A stretch of DNA of 61,742 nucleotides, the filler included, from Choristocarpus tenellus KU-1152 (Eukaryota > Protista > Phaeophyceae): the NCBI GenBank assembly GCA_964200185.2. It is 9 parts of 9 records of this genome, joined end to end, with 100 filler letters (N's around TTAATTAATTAA, not from the genome) between each part and the next. Parts side by side here need not be neighbours in the genome. Positions count along the whole stretch, not along the records: positions 46,620 to 61,742 come from CAXNAD020001056.1; 8 more parts are not named here. The stretch is one strand, 5' to 3'. Both the position numbers and the translations under genes were made by a program. The notes below the pieces were generated by a model that did no database searches, was not told where the DNA came from, and saw only the letters and a list, made by a program, of their open reading frames with translations. This document shows positions 61,477-61,742 of the stretch, piece by piece. The first letter of the stretch is position 1, and each line of letters begins with the position of its first letter.

Positions 61477-61742
61477 CTGGCGTGTTTGCATCACGAAGGA
61501 GACGGAATGAACTACAGCACAGCAAAAGTAGGTTGAGGTGTACGAGGTCGACGTCACCATCGAAGCCGAGTGGTGACTGGATTGGTACATGGAGCAGCTA
61601 TTGACAACAATCAAGAAAAATGGCCGTGGCTGGAATGGGGGGGTGCCTCCATACAGCAGGATGGTTCAACCTCACATACGGCAAGGCATGGTGCAGAAGC
61701 TGTGGGTCAAAGTATCTGGGGGGGGAGGGTGGTTTGTGAGGG

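Overview
Eukaryotic, intron-rich DNA from a plastid-bearing stramenopile (ochrophyte). Basis: three predicted proteins carry bipartite signal peptide + AF-type plastid transit motifs, and an axonemal dynein is present. A brown alga or close relative is my inference. The window is not contiguous: nine contigs are joined by artificial 100-bp spacers (44 N + TTAATTAATTAA + 44 N), so gene order across spacers is meaningless. Spliced genes reconstructed by hand: MBOAT/LPCAT acyltransferase, a mitoferrin-like SLC25 carrier, RIO2 kinase (complete), RPL31 (complete), plastid GGPP synthase, an axonemal dynein heavy chain segment, a TenA/TH2-like thiamine salvage protein, a possible ataxin-10-like protein, a DnaJ protein, RUVBL1 and several unknown proteins. 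Also present: a ~260-bp TIR MITE family (6 copies) plus a related G-rich TIR family, a LINE endonuclease relic, minisatellites and interstitial telomere-like repeats. The most unusual observations are (i) strong CpG depletion with CpG-island-like gene starts, (ii) multi-exon genes with intact splice phases interrupted by TAA/TGA codons explicable by C-to-T change, (iii) repeats that begin exactly at splice sites, including telomeric repeats in place of a branch point/polypyrimidine tract, and (iv) A/purine-rich 3' splice sites. I found no CRISPR array, rRNA or tRNA, and I cannot claim a confirmed new system.
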